Shown in pieces: positions 40,531-57,758 of a stretch of DNA of 64,000 bases. Under the pieces are notes generated by a model that was not told where the DNA came from, did no database searches, and worked only from the letters and a program-made list of their open reading frames with translations. Position 1 is the first letter of the stretch; each line of letters opens with the position of its first letter. This stretch comes from Eledone cirrhosa (Eukaryota), in the NCBI GenBank assembly GCA_964016885.1, contig OZ024741.1, positions 77,376,001-77,440,000 on the forward strand, read 5' to 3'. A program made the translations under genes and the position numbers.

Positions 40531-41584
40531 CAAGTATTGCCTATGCCACTGCTATTGATATCAGGTTATCATGGGCCGATTAAATAAAGCCTGTCGGCGT
40601 GGTCGAGCTCATGGGGGTTGTAGTTAGTCTCCTATGTTATGTATGGTGTTGTTGTGGTAACTTTGGTGGTGTGATTGTCAGAACGACTACGACTATCGCT
40701 AAATGTATGACATCATTGGTATTGACGGTATTAAAACGGTGTTGCTTACGTTGTAACTAAAGTAGCTGTTTTTGCTACTATGACACCTCAGCTGCTGTTG
40801 TCGTTACAATTATCGTTTTACAAGTACTATACTGTTATTGTTGTTGTTATTGTTATCATCACTATTTTTATTATTATTGTTGTTGTTGTTTTTGTTATTA
40901 TTATTATTTTTGTTATTGTTGTGGTTATTATTATTATTGTTATTGTTGTTGTTGTTTTTATTATTATTATCATTATCTCTGCGGTTATTACATTTATTTA
41001 TAATACCATCATTTCTCCATCAGTATTGATATCATCGTTTTTACTTTCTTAAGTATTACTATAATACTCTTTATATTCTATAGGTTATAAGCGCCTCAGG
41101 TGCTAACCGTCGCCTTCATAACCACTCCTAGCTTCAGCCATAACAAGAATGGATAGTATTCCTCTTTTCCCTGTGGTCATAGAGATATGCACGTATATGT
41201 AGAAGTGTGTCTGTTTGAGTGTAGGTCTATATACGTGTCTGTGTGAGTGTCTTTATATGTGTTTACGATATTGGTGCTTATGCGAACCAAATATTAATAG
41301 AACGAAGGGAAAGGCAATTAAACAGCGTAAGAGTGTAAAGCGGTAAACAAATAATGAAAAAATAGAAGACACGTGGAGGAGAAAATATATGTACAAAAAC
41401 ATTAAAATTGTGTGCAATGAAATATTTACGTCGAAAAGAAAAGAATCTAACGTTTCGGATTAAACATTTTTCGAAGACGGGTAAGAGGCGAAAAAAATAA
41501 GAATGAAATAAGAAAAGTGTTAGAACAATACTAAGTCGAAGAATAGACTCGTTTCAAGGCTGCATCCTGTATAATATATATATA

Positions 41585-41771
41585 CAGTGAAATTCCGTTA
41601 TAACGAAATTCAGGCGATATAAAAAAAGTTAGTTGTCACGAAAATTTCTTTATAACGAGATCGACCGAAACAAATCGAACGTTTGTTTGTTATTTCCTCG
41701 GGGATTGAAAAAAAAATTTGTTATACTGAAAAATTCGTTATAATGGTATTCGTTACAACAGAATTTTACCT
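41585..41771. mobile_element. Tigger/pogo-like MITE
   Basis: TA-cagtgaaattccgttataacgaa ... ttcgttacaacagaattttacc-TA, imperfect TIRs with internal cgttataa repeats. Confidence 0.7.
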
Positions 41772-42069
41772 ATTCTTCCCCCTCTCTCTCCCCTTGGTTG
41801 CTGCTAGATACATGTTCTACTCCTCGTGTATCCCCCTCTCTATCGGTATATTTTCTGATTTTTTTTTTCTGTTTATTTTATTTCTCTGTATTTCCCTTCC
41901 CTAATAACTTCCTAGTTATTGACGCACTGTGGATAGATGTATTGTCTTTGAAGCGTCGAAACATCTGAGACCCACAGCAGACAACTGAAGAGGGGAATTG
42001 TCCTCTGTGTTTTTCTTACATTTCTAAACACTGTTAGTAACCACACACCACCTTGTCCCTTCGAATTCT

Positions 42070-42109
<40 letters not shown>

Positions 42110-42403
42110 GTATCCACAGTAAGTTGCGGGGTCTATTCTGCATGAAGAACTCGATGTAATCCATATGTTGAAAATGTTGTAGGTTAAGATAAATCTCGGA
42201 AAACAATAAAACATTAAAAAGAAAACAGAGTCATGATACAAGTTAAAACAATGAAATAAAAAATCAAGTCATTAGAGATATACTTCACTGCTTTACGATC
42301 GTTTCTAGATGATGATAATACATTGTAGCTATACTCCGTTATTGATCCATGTAAGGTTAGTGACAAAATATCAGGTAAAGAGAATATTTACTTACATGTA
42401 TAT

Positions 42404-43834
<1,431 letters not shown>

Positions 43835-44085
43835 CTGTTTTCAAAAGCAATAATAATTTTATTCAATAATATATATATATATATATATACATATGACGGC
43901 AATGAATTTGTTTTGCGAGGCTTTTGATATGAAATCGTGTGTCGAAACAAATATTGTTATACTTGGGGAGGGTCATATTGTAATAATATTGCCAGAATTA
44001 ATAACAGAACACACTCACTGTTTGGTTGGTTTTCGCTTCTGTATCTTTTATATCAGTTAATTCATTCGGTCCTCAATATATATAC

Positions 44086-45906
<1,821 letters not shown>

Positions 45907-45909
45907 CAT

Positions 45910-46615
45910 ATATCAAAAGTATATGTTGAGTTAAAAACTCACAATAGTCTCTCATAATTAAAATAGCTCAAGGGAAAAAAATGTTCTAACCCTTATAATA
46001 TGATTTAATATAATAAAGAGAGACAAACACAGATATATACATATATGCGTTAAAAACATAAAGGGCCTAAACCGCTAGGGTGAATAAGATACTAACTATG
46101 AACAACTTATATTAAATTATATCATAAGGTTCCGAAAAATTTTTTTCCTTGGGCTATTTTAATTATGAGGGACTATCGTGAGTATATACTTTTGATAAAC
46201 TCAACTCCTAGAATTTTGTCGAGCTTTTTACATGTCGAGTGAATCTGGCTGCTATTTTTAGTAACCTACGTTTTACAAGACACGCTACGCACTGAATACT
46301 ATGTGTGTCTTTTTCTCTCTTAAAACACGCGCTTCATTTAGTCTTCTAAGATTTTTGGGAGTGAAGGGATTAGTAATCTGTACATCCACTGAAGAACAAT
46401 CCGATTTGTAACTCTCTCCACTTTGTTTCGAAACAGTTCTACCAAAGGCTGTCTGGATGTGATAGTTATCATGATTCGGTTTGTATTGCCTAATTTATCC
46501 TTTTAATTGAGTCTGGAAAACCGTATTGTTCATAGATAGTATCTTATTCACCTTAGCGGTTTAGGTCCCTTGTGATTTGAACGCATATATGTATATATCT
46601 GTGTTTGTCTCTCTT

Positions 46616-46620
<5 letters not shown>
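45910..46620. mobile_element. ~510-bp non-coding unit with inverted, circularly permuted arm and a full hammerhead
   Basis: 46011-46094 is the reverse complement of 46537-46620, and 45911-46008 matches the reverse complement of ~46110-46197. Confidence 0.8.
46382..46460 (+). ncRNA. Type I hammerhead motif with GUC cleavage triplet
   Basis: acatcca-CTGAAGA-acaa..ttgtttc-GAAA-cagtt ctaccaa aggct-GTC-tggatgt; 7-bp stem I; base of stem II is imperfect. Confidence 0.8.
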
Positions 46621-46668
<48 letters not shown>

Positions 46669-46718
46669 TGTATATATATATGAGTGTGGGGGGTGTATGT
46701 GTGTGTGTGTGTGCGTGC

Positions 46719-46802
<84 letters not shown>

Positions 46803-47057
46803 ATAAGATGTTACTCATCAAGAGGCTAATAAGACAATTATTCAACTGAAATCTCGATACTTTAATGATGGAGATATTATTCATTACATAAGCCCACAAC
46901 CGCTTAAACCATTTTGACAGCTCAAATGAAAATCACTGGCTGTCTCGTCAGAGGCTCTGTCTTTGTTAATGGCTGTGGGAGGAGCTAAGAAGGAATAAAT
47001 ACATTAAAAAAAATACTAAAATAAGTAACAATAAATGAATAAATAGATTAGATTTTG

Positions 47058-47275
47058 TTCTCGTGGTAAGAGTGTTGGACTTACGATCATAATGTCGTGG
47101 GTTCGATTCCTGAACTGGGTTGTGTGTCGTTTTCTTGAGCAAAACACTTCATTTCACATTGCTCCAGTATACTCAGCTGAAAATGAATTCTCTCAGTCGT
47201 TTCACGCCATGGAAACCGGGATTAGCACCTGTTTGATGAGCCTCTGGGTTCGAGACAGACTTTATACTTTTTTTA
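47058..47275 (+). mobile_element. tRNA-derived SINE, family B
   Basis: A-box-like gtggtaagagtg, B-box ggttcgattcc, then cttgagcaaaacacttcatttcacattgctcc. Confidence 0.75.
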
Positions 47276-47794
47276 GAAGATAAGGTTCGAATATTTTTTG
47301 GAACACAAAGCTAGAAAGAAAATTGTGTGTGGAAGGTGTAGAGTCATGTGGTGGCTAGCTTGAAATGTCAAGGAAAGCAGCCAGTACTTTTCATTTGAAA
47401 CATTTAAACTTGATCAGATGTTTGCTAGATTGGGCTACAATTAGAAAATTATACCATTTTTCACGTCTGCAGGCTATGTCTTTGGAAGGCTCTACTTGCT
47501 ACTTTTTAAACTCTTAAACATGTTGTGAGCTCCAATCCACTACTTTTCTATTTTATTTTAAAATTTATATTAATATTTTTGGTCAATTTATAAATAAAAA
47601 AACAGGTTAAGATGGTGTATCGTAAATTGAAGAGAGTATTTGGTTGTTATTTCTAACATGTTAAGCAACCACTTGAAGAATGCTGAATATAATAGAATAA
47701 CTGAAACTTGTTGGTAACAACTACTTAATTTCGAGACGGAAGTCTGAGTGAAAGTTGCATCCTATAATGTAAGAATACCTAAGTCTGAACAAGC

Positions 47795-47899
<105 letters not shown>

Positions 47900-48899
47900 T
47901 CTCTCTTTCTCTCTCTAAAATTATACCTATTTATACAATAAGCAAGTCTTGAAAGTAGGGTAAAAGTTTCAAAAATCCCGTCGAGCTGATCCACAATTTT
48001 CAATTTAGGACAGAAAAGTAAAACACATTTGCTTAATCAGAAGGGAAGAACAGTACCTATAACCATTTTCATCTTCTTCGAGACTGCTGGAAGTTATGAA
48101 AATAGCCTGAAATTGGAAACCTCGTTCGAAATACTTGCAACAAAGTGGACTCCGATAGCAGTCCTTATGGGTCAGCCGATGGTGTTAAACATCACAACAG
48201 TGTACCTAAAAATATAGAAACGCTTTAAAAAGATTAAAGATTTTGCTATAACGGCTTGTTTCAGTTATACTCATCTATGTTCTACAATGCGGATTTGCAG
48301 ATGATCAATGCAAATTGACAAGGGAAAGGGGCTCCCGCTCGAGTTACAAGGAACTATTGACCTTCAGGAGAAGCAGCGACCCCTGATTGTATTCAGCAAC
48401 CGAAACAAATACGAAGTACACCAAATCCAATGCTCCTAGCAACGGCCCTGGTTCTTATTTGCGAGTGTAAACTCGGCCAGATTAGATTGGATTAGATTTT
48501 TTACAACTATCCCTTTAGCTTTGGCTGATTAATATAAAAACGGTAAAATAGAGAACTAGTGATGTACATTGCTAAAGCTTGACTAGGAAAAGTATATTTC
48601 CTGAAAACTTTTTCTATTTTAGGCGTCAGGATTTTAGTCTTAAATGTCTAGCTGAACAACTTGGAATATCAGGTGACAATATACAGCGTGCCATTAATAG
48701 CTGTCATGATTGGAAGAGTGTTTCCAAAAGTAAGTTTCCCCAAACCTAAACCAAGAAATAGGATAGAGCTGAATCTGCTTTCGCCAATTTTAAGAGAAAA
48801 ACTAAAATTTTAAGAACGAAAGATTTGTGGCTATAATTTTACCTGTAGTGATGCTTTTCTGAAGTATCTCTCAAGCATACGCACGCATGCATACACACG

Positions 48900-48990
<91 letters not shown>

Positions 48991-49153
48991 TGTTCACAGT
49001 TCTAAAAGCGAGAAGGCGAAAATCAGGTAGTACTCAATGTATATTAAGTTGCAGAGTAACCATAGAAATAAGGTATAATCTCGATGGAGGGCCTGAGCTT
49101 TTTCCGAAACGTATAAGCTGAAGCTTCGATTTTACCAAACTTTCATTTATATT

Positions 49154-49269
<116 letters not shown>

Positions 49270-49270
49270 C

Positions 49271-49335
<65 letters not shown>

Positions 49336-49445
49336 TGGACTACCAGAACCGATGGTAAGGATCGAAACTGCCAAAGGGTTTCGCCTTAAAAAGAAATTGT
49401 TTTTTGTTCACCCATTGTCTTTGTCCTCCCTTTGTTGAATTTCCT

Positions 49446-49476
<31 letters not shown>

Positions 49477-49500
49477 ATGTATATATACATACATACATAC

Positions 49501-50340
49501 ATGATCCACTTTGGAAAAGAGGATGCTCTGAAACTCCCGTACTCCCTTCCCTCCGGGGAAACTCTCGTGGCATCTAACAACATCAGAGACTTGGGAGTAA
49601 CCGTGGACAGCAACATAAGCTGGACCACGCATATAAGCAGCAAAGTTGACATGGCCCGCAGAATGTGTTCCTGGATCCTCAGAATCTTCCAGTCGAGAGA
49701 TTCCCGCACCATTATCCTTCTCTTCTCTACTTTCGCCCGACCACACCTTGAATACTGTTGTCCACTGTGGTCTCCCCACACGAAACAAAGTATCATGAAA
49801 CTTGAAGCTCCTCAAAGGGCAATCACGAAAAAGATAGATGGCATGTCAGACCTTGACTACTGGGGTCGATTGGAAAACCTGAAACTTTACTCACTCCAAC
49901 GTCGCCGTGAGCGTTATATTATCTGCATGATGTGGAAAATGTTCCATCATCACTGCCCAAATGATGTTGGCATCGCCTTCAAGATACACCCAAGGCTTGG
50001 GCCCCGTGCTATCCGTCCCATTCAAAAATCTAAATCGCAACTCATAACAACAATACGGCACAATTATTTCACCTCAATCGGCCCTGCTCTCTTCAACATC
50101 ACACCAGGACACGTCAAAACAGAAACTGACCACACAAAATTCAAGAAGTCTTTGGACAAATTCCTCCAAGTAATCCCGGACAAACCACCCACACCCGGAT
50201 ATGTCTCCGCAAACAGTAATTCTCTTCTCGAATGGGCCATGGTGCCCAAATCCTGAATTGAAAGACTTCGCCAGGTGGTGCTATTAAGTTAGACATGGCC
50301 TGGGCCAATACTGGCCAAAACATTTCAAAGTTATTCATGC
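49501..50340 (+). mobile_element. CR1/L2-group LINE 3' fragment flanked by (CATA)n
   Basis: RDLGVTVDSNISWTTHI, RPHLEYCCPLWSPH, LYSLQRRRER, FKKSLDKFL; short UTR then ~160 bp of CATA. Confidence 0.9.
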
Positions 50341-50473
50341 ATGCATACATACATACATACATACATACATACATACATACATACATACATACATACATAC
50401 ATACATACATACATGCATGCATACATACATACATACATACATACATACATACATACATACATACATACATACA

Positions 50474-50503
<30 letters not shown>

Positions 50504-50504
<1 letters not shown>

Positions 50505-51080
50505 GATTGACTATAAATCAAATAACCAATGCTATTAGCATATCCCGTTAGGGAGAAGAAAGCATGCACAGTAGTGGAAATTAGCTGCCCAATAGATGCC
50601 AATATAATATCAAAGATTAGTGAAAAGGAGAATATTTATGCAGAACTGATGAGAAATCTGCAGATGCTCCACCCTGATTACACCTTCAGATTTATGCCTG
50701 TGATTATTGGGGCACTGGGATATGTTAGTAACTGCCTCAATACAAATCTTGAGAAGCTAGGCTTCACAGGAACAGAAAGAACACAACTAGTTAGGAAATT
50801 ACAAGTACAATCCATTAATGGAACAGTAAAAATATGTAAAACATTCCAAAAATGTTGCATCTAATAACTGCATATACACATGTACAGATACACATGCACA
50901 CATACGACTCAAAACATACACATCCACACATACAATAACATCCATATCTACACATGCATGCATGCATACATATCTACCTAGTTGATGTTGTGTAAATTCC
51001 AATGAGAGAGTCTTGTGTCTATGTTAGAAATCGACTCTCTCTCTATTGGTAAAACTTTGTGAAATTATAAAACCAGAAGA
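50504..51080 (+). mobile_element. RLE-type (Dong/R4-like) LINE 3' fragment flanked by (CATA)n
   Basis: CTVVEISCP..EKENIYAEL..MPVIIGALG aligns with CLIVDVACP..EKINRYQDL..IPIVIGALG of copy 1. Confidence 0.82.
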
Positions 51081-52097
51081 ACATACATACATACATACAT
51101 ACATACATACATACATACATACATACATACATACATACATACATACATACATACATACATACATACATGTGTGGGTGTGTGTATTTGTGTGAACTATACC
51201 AACAAGAAATATCATGAAATCACAAATTCCATTTAACGGAATATCTACTACTACTACTACAACCACTACCAAAATGCGTCACCAGCACTGTCTCCCTACA
51301 CTATGTGATACAAACGCCACCAAGCACCACTATTTGCATCACTGTTATCATTTATCTATGCTGTATCACCACCACCAACAACAACAACACTACCAATACA
51401 ACATCCATAACAACCATCATCAACATCACCATCAATAACAACACAACCAGTACCAGAAGCATCACTACTATCACCACCACACCCAACATAACAACATTAC
51501 TGCCATCACCATCATCACCACTAACAACAACAACAATCATACACCCCTCCTCTTCAACCCTCAAAACTACTATTACAGCTGTTATCACCACCGCCACCTC
51601 CATCATCACATCCGCAGTTTCCAATCCATTATTTTCATCATCATCAACACTACAAGCGCCATCATTGGAGAACTCGACCTGTTAAAAATAGCAGCCAAAT
51701 CTCCTTTAAATCGCGCACTGCCTCGCACATAAGTGTGTGAAGTCCAAGATATACAACGACACTTTGGTCATGACTGGATTGTCTTTGATAATATACCTTC
51801 ATCATAACTACTATTACTACCACCACCACCACCGCCACCATCACCACCACCACCACCATCACCACCACCACCACACCACCATCACCGCTATGTCCACCAT
51901 TACCACAACCACCTCACACCTCACACCACCACCAACAACAACAGCAACAACTCTCACCACAAGAATCACCACCACCACCACCGCCAAAGTCACCACCTCA
52001 CATGTTATCACCACCACCACCATCACCACATCCGCCACATTTGATTCATCAAATATTGATTATCAGCTGTCCTTGACAACAAATGCAGGAATGGTGG

Positions 52098-52310
52098 CGG
52101 TGTTTAGCTCGAGGTCACCCTTGATCGAGCAGACCTATGATCGAAGACATTCCAGCCGTGACTAGCCCGTCGTGTTTCTCTGGTAGAAGCCACAAACACA
52201 GTTGCACATGTCCTTCTCTTATTCTATGACAGTAAGGTGATTTTCTTTTTCAGAGGGATTTGGCTGCTTTTTCTAGTGGGTCGAATACCAAGAGAGGCTG
52301 CCTCGTTGGT
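52098..52310 (+). repeat. Dispersed repeat family C; degenerate copies at ~51670-51785 (-), ~58295-58510 (-), ~60095-60170 (+)
   Basis: tttagctc..ggtcaccct(t)gat..agacctatga..ttccag and gatttggctgct..tttctag motifs recur. Confidence 0.65.
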
Positions 52311-53136
52311 TCGTTGTATTGAGTGGTGGCGGTGGTGGTGGTGGTGGTGGTGGTATGGGCATTTGTGCATGTGTACGTGTGAGTCTATATCTGTGTATGT
52401 TTGTTGCGCTGTATAGTGGAGGTGGAGGTTGTGTGTTTTGTGTGTATGTGTAGGAGGTGGTCCGTCTGTGTCAGTGCAGTTGTGTTATATGTGTGTGATT
52501 GTTGTGTGGGATCTTGCTGCTTGTATATATATATATATATATATGTGTGTGTGGTGTGTATGTGCACGTGTATTGTGATGTGTGTTGGTGTGATTGTTAT
52601 TGTTATTGTTATTGGTGGTGGTGGTGGCGGTGGTGGTGGTGACAGTTGTATATGTTTATGAGTGTATGTCTGTGTTTACGTATGTATATGAATTTTGCGC
52701 TACGTGGTGGCGATGGTGGTTGTAGTAATGTGAGTGTTGTTTGTAAGTCTTGTGCTCATGTGTGTGTGTGCATGTGTGTGTGCGCGCGCATGTGTGTGTA
52801 TGTGCATGTGTGTGCGTGTGTGTGTATGTGTGTGGTGATCGCACTCACCACGCAACGCAACAGCCACACACATAGAAACAGGCACGTCCAGACACACACA
52901 CCACTACCACCACCACCACTGGCCTCACACACTACCACCACCACTCCCACTGCTACTGCCATGCAACCAGACACATACACACGCAATACACACACGAATA
53001 AACACACAAACCATCAATCACCATAAGTGTGTGTGTGAGTGAGTGAGTGAGAGTGAGTGAGTGAGTGTGTGTGTGTGTGTTTGTGTGCGTGTGTGTGCGT
53101 GCAGGCGGGCGGGCATGTGTGCTTGTGTGTGTGTGT

Positions 53137-56100
53137 GTAGTGTGAGAGTGTTGTCGTGGTGGCGGTGGTGGTTGTGGTGGTGGTTGTGGTGGTGGTGGTG
53201 TCAGTTATAGAAGTGTGTAGTAGTTGGTGTTTGATGTAATGTGAGAGTGTTGTGATGGTGGCGGTGGTGGTGGTGGTGGTGGTGGTGGTGTCAGTTATAG
53301 AAGTGTGTAGTAGTTGGTGTTTGATGTAGTGTGAGAGTGTTGTGATGGTGGCGGTGGTGGTTGTGGTGGTGGTGGCGGTGGTGTCAGTTATAGAAGTGTG
53401 TAGTAGTTGGTGTTTGATGTAGTGTGAGAGTGTTGTGATGGTGGCGGTGGTGGTTGTGGTGGTGGCGGTGGTGTCAGTTATAGAAGTGTGTAGTAGTTGG
53501 TGTTTGATGTAGTGTGAGAGTGTTGTGGTGGTGGCGGTGGTGGTTGTGGTGGCGGTGGTGTCAGTTATAGAAGTGTGTAGTAGTTGGTGTTTGATGTAGT
53601 GTGACACTGTTGTGGTGGTGGCGGTGGTGGTTGTGGTGGCGGTGGTGTCAGTTATAGAAGTGTGTAGTAGTTGGTGTTTGATGTAGTGTGAGAGTGTTGT
53701 GGTGGTGGCGGTGGTGGTTGTGGTGGTGGTGGTGGTGTCAGTTATAGAAGTGTGTAGTAGTTGGTGTTTGATGTAGTGTGACACTGTTGTGGTGGTGGCG
53801 GTGGTGGTTGTGGTGGCGGTGGTGTCAGTTATAGAAGTGTGTAGTAGTTGGTGTTTGATGTAGTGTGAGAGTGTTGTGGTGGTGGTGGTGGTGGTTGTGG
53901 TGGCGGTTGTGGTGGTGGCGGTGGTGTCAGTTATAGAAGTGTGTAGTAGTTGGTGTTTGATGTAGTGTGAGAGTGCTGTGGTGGTGGCGGTGGTGGTTGT
54001 GGTGGCGGTGGTGTCAGTTATAGAAGTGTGTAGTAGTTGGTGTTTGATGTAGTGTGACACTGTTGTGGTGGTGGCGGTGGTGGTTGTGGTGGTGGCGGTG
54101 GTGTCAGTTATGGAAGTGTGTAGTAGTTGGTGTTTGATGTAGTGTGACACTGTTGTGGTGGTGGCGGTGGTGGTTGTGGTGGCGGTGGTGTCAGTTATAG
54201 AAGTGTGTAGTAGTTGGTGTTTGATGTAGTGTGAGAGTGTTGTTGTGGTGGTGGTGGTTGTGGTGGTGGTTGTGGTGGTGGCGGTGGTGTCAGTTATAGA
54301 AGTGTGTAGTAGTTGGTGTTTGATGTAGTGTGAGAGTGTTGTGGTGGTGGCGGTGGTGGTTGTGGTGGCGGTGGTGTCAGTTATAGAAGTGTGTAGTAGT
54401 TGGTGTTTGATGTAGTGTGAGAGTGTTGTGGTGGTGGCGGTGGTGGTTGTGGTGGTGGCGGTGGTGGTTGTGGTGGTGGCGGTGGTGGTGGTTGTGGTGG
54501 CGGTGGTGTCAGCTATGGAAGTGTGTAGTAGTTGGTGTTTGATGTAGTGTGAGAGTGTTGTGGTGGTGGCGGTGGTGGTTGTGGTGGTGGCGGTGTCAGT
54601 TATAGAAGTGTGTAGTAGTTGGTGTTTGATGTAGTGTGAGAGTGTTGTGGTGGTGGCGGTGGTGGTGGTTGTGATGGCGGTGTCAGTTATAGAAGTGCGT
54701 AGTAGTTGGTGTTTGATGTAGTGTGAGAGTGTTGTGGTGGTGGCGGTGGTGGTTGTGGTGGTGGCGGTGGTGTCAGTTATAGAAGTGTGTAGTAGTTGGT
54801 GTTTGATGTAGTGTGACACTGTTGTGGTGGTGGCGGTGGTGGTTGTGGTGGCGGTGGTGGTGTCAGTTATAGAAGTGTGTAGTAGTTGGTGTTTGATGTA
54901 GTGTGACACTGTTGTGGTGGTGGCGGTGGTGGTTGTGGTGGTGGCGGTGGTGTCAGTTATAGAAGTGTGTAGTAGTTGGTGTTTGATGTAGTGTGACACT
55001 GTTGTGATGGTGGCGGTGGTGGTTGTGGTGGTGGCGGTGGCGGTGGTGTCAGTTATAGAAGTGTGTAGTAGTTGGTGTTTGATGTAGTGTGAGAGTGTTG
55101 TGGTGGTGGTGGTGGTGGTGGTGGTTGTGGTGGTGGCGGTGGCGGTGGTGTCAGTTATAGAAGTGTGTAGTAGTTGGTGTTTGATGTAGTGTGAGAGTGT
55201 TGTGGTGGTGGTGGTGGTGGTGGTAGTGGTGGTGGCGGTGGCGGTGGTGTCAGTTATAGAAGTGTGTAGTAGTTGGTGTTTGATGTAGTGTGACACTGTT
55301 GTGATGGTGGCGGTGGTGGTTGTGGTGGTGGCGGTGGCGGTGGTGTCAGTTATAGAAGTGTGTAGTAGTTGGTGTTTGATGTAGTGTGAGAGTGTTGTGG
55401 TGGTGGCGGTGGTGGTTGTGGTGGCGGTGGTGGTGTCAGTTATAGAAGTGTGTAGTAGTTGGTGTTTGATGTAGTGTGAGAGTGTTGTGGTGGTGGCGGT
55501 GGTGGTTGTGGTGGCGGTGGTGGTGTCAGTTATAGAAGTGTGTAGTAGTTGGTGTTTGATGTAGTGTGACACTGTTGTGGTGGTGGCGGTGGTGGTTGTG
55601 GTGGCGGTGGTGGTGTCAGTTATAGAAGTGTGTAGTAGTTGGTGTTTGATGTAGTGTGACACTGTTGTGGTGGTGGCGGTGGCGGTTGTGGTGGTGGCGG
55701 TGGTGTCAGTTATAGAAGTGTGTAGTAGTTGGTGTTTGATGTAGTGTGAGAGTGCTGTGGTGGTGGCGGTGGTGGTTGTGGTGGTGGTGGTGTCAGTTAT
55801 AGAAGTGCGTAGTAGTTGGTGTTTGATGTAGTGTGAGAGTGTTGTGGTGGTGGTGGCGGTGGTGGTTGTGGTGGCGGTGGTGTCAGTTATAGAAGTGTGT
55901 AGTAGTTGGTGTTTGATGTAGTGTGACACTGTTGTGGTGGTGGTGGTGGTGGTTGTGGTGGCGGTGGTGTCAATTATAGAAGTGTGTAGTAGTTGGTGTT
56001 TGATGTAGTGTGAGAGTGTTGTGGTGGCGGTGGTGTCAGTTATAGCAGTGTGTAGTAGTTGGTGTTTGATGTAGTGTGAGAGTGTTGTGGTGGTGGTGGC

Positions 56101-56332
56101 GGTGGTGGTTGTGGTGGCGGTGGTTTCAGTTATAGAAGTGTGTAGTAGTTGGTGTTTGATGTAGTGTGACACTGTTGTGGTGGTGGCGGTGGTGGTTGTG
56201 GTGGCGGTGGTGTCAATTATAGAAGTGTGTAGTAGTTGGTGTTTGATGTAGTGTGAGAGTGTTGTGGTGGCGGTGGTGTCAGTTATAGCAGTGTGTAGTA
56301 GTTGGTGTTTGATGTAGTGTGAGACCGTTGTG
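53137..56332. repeat. 3.2-kb minisatellite: constant ~54-bp core alternating with variable GTG/GCG/GTT triplet runs, roughly 40 units
   Basis: Core gtgtcagttatagaagtgtgtagtagttggtgtttgatgtagtgtga(g/c)a(g/c)tgtt; one minus frame is open for 1117 codons. Confidence 0.97.
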
Positions 56333-57674
56333 ATGAACATTGTCAGTATTGATGCTTTCTGTTCCATTACTTCTCAACAGCAGTTGTCTTCGATTTTTCT
56401 CTTGCTTTTTTTGTTTTAACGGTGCTTACTCTGCCTACTTCTCCTCTGCCACCTCATCTTCCTCCTCCTCCTCCGCCTCCCCCCCCCCACTTCCTCCTAC
56501 TACTACTACTCTCTCTTTCCTATGTTCTCTCCTTTCCTTCTTTCTTTTTGTCAGCCTGCTGTTCCTTCTTCATTGGTAGCTTAGCTGGTTCCGAATGCAG
56601 CAGGGAAGGAAGAAGCGCTGCCTTGTCTGTCGGCTGTGCAGCTGTGCACTTCCATCACTAGCCGCCAAAATACAAGGTTGAATAGAAAGAGAACCCGAAA
56701 GAGAGAGTGACAGAGAGAAAGAAGAGATATAGAAAAGAGAGAGAGAAGGAAAGACGGGAAGAGTGAGAAAGATAGAAAAAAAGAAAAGAAAGAAGGGAAG
56801 GGTAGTAAAACGGAAAGAGAGGGGAAAAGAGAAAAGAGATAGAAGGGTGAAAAGATAGATAGATAGATAGATTATGTAGAGAGTAAAGTGTAGATAAGAA
56901 CATTTAAAAGAAGCTAGAAGAGACAGTTTAAGGTACCTGTCATTAAGAACAGACAGAAAATATCCTTCTAGAGAAGAGTGAACTATAATGTTATATAGAT
57001 AGACATATAGAGAGAGATGTACATATATATTCATAAGCGGATATAAATACAGATAAATTGACAGAGTGGGAGAGAGCGAGAGAGAGATAGAGTTGTATTT
57101 GCTCACCTTCCTATATAATATAATACAATATAATATATTGTATTATATATACGAATATATACATCAACTATATATTATTAATATATTTATATTTATACAA
57201 GTTCGCCAAAATGAAGGTGATTAGCCTGCTTGCATTCTACATGCTTATGTCGCAAGGTGAGTCAGTTTTATATTTTTATGGAGAGTTCTTCTCTTAAATT
57301 TATGATGATAACCATCATCATCATCATCATCACCCTCGTTATCATCATCATTATTATTATTATTGTTATTGTTATTATTGTTGTCGTGGCTGATGATGTC
57401 GTTGTTGTCATTTTCATTGTTGTTGTTTTGAATTTCCACACAACTCATCAATAGCCGTCATCATTGACGTCGTTTTTGTCATGATGGTGATGAAGATGAT
57501 GGTGATCATGATGATGATCCTGATGATGATGATGATCATCATCATCATCATCATCATCACCACCATTATCACCATCACCACCATCATCATCATCATTACC
57601 ACCCTCTTCCTCATCACCAACATCATGATGTCATCATCGTTGTTATTTTGATGCATAGATGTGGCTATGAATGC

Positions 57675-57758
<84 letters not shown>

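Noticed and set aside
41440-42010. Possible hammerheads (minus 41445-41480; gacgc..gcgtcGAAA and CTGAAGA at 41920-42000)
   Set aside because: Core elements are incomplete or in an order I could not fold consistently.
47058-47120. tRNA gene
   Set aside because: A and B boxes are present but I could not build a cloverleaf, and it continues into a SINE body.
48290-48480. Octamer (atgcaaat) and X-box-like (cctagcaac) motifs as a promoter
   Set aside because: Single short motifs are expected by chance in 64 kb, and there is no linked gene.
53137-56332. CRISPR-like repeat-spacer appearance
   Set aside because: Spacers are low-complexity GTG/GCG runs, not unique sequences; no cas genes; eukaryotic context.
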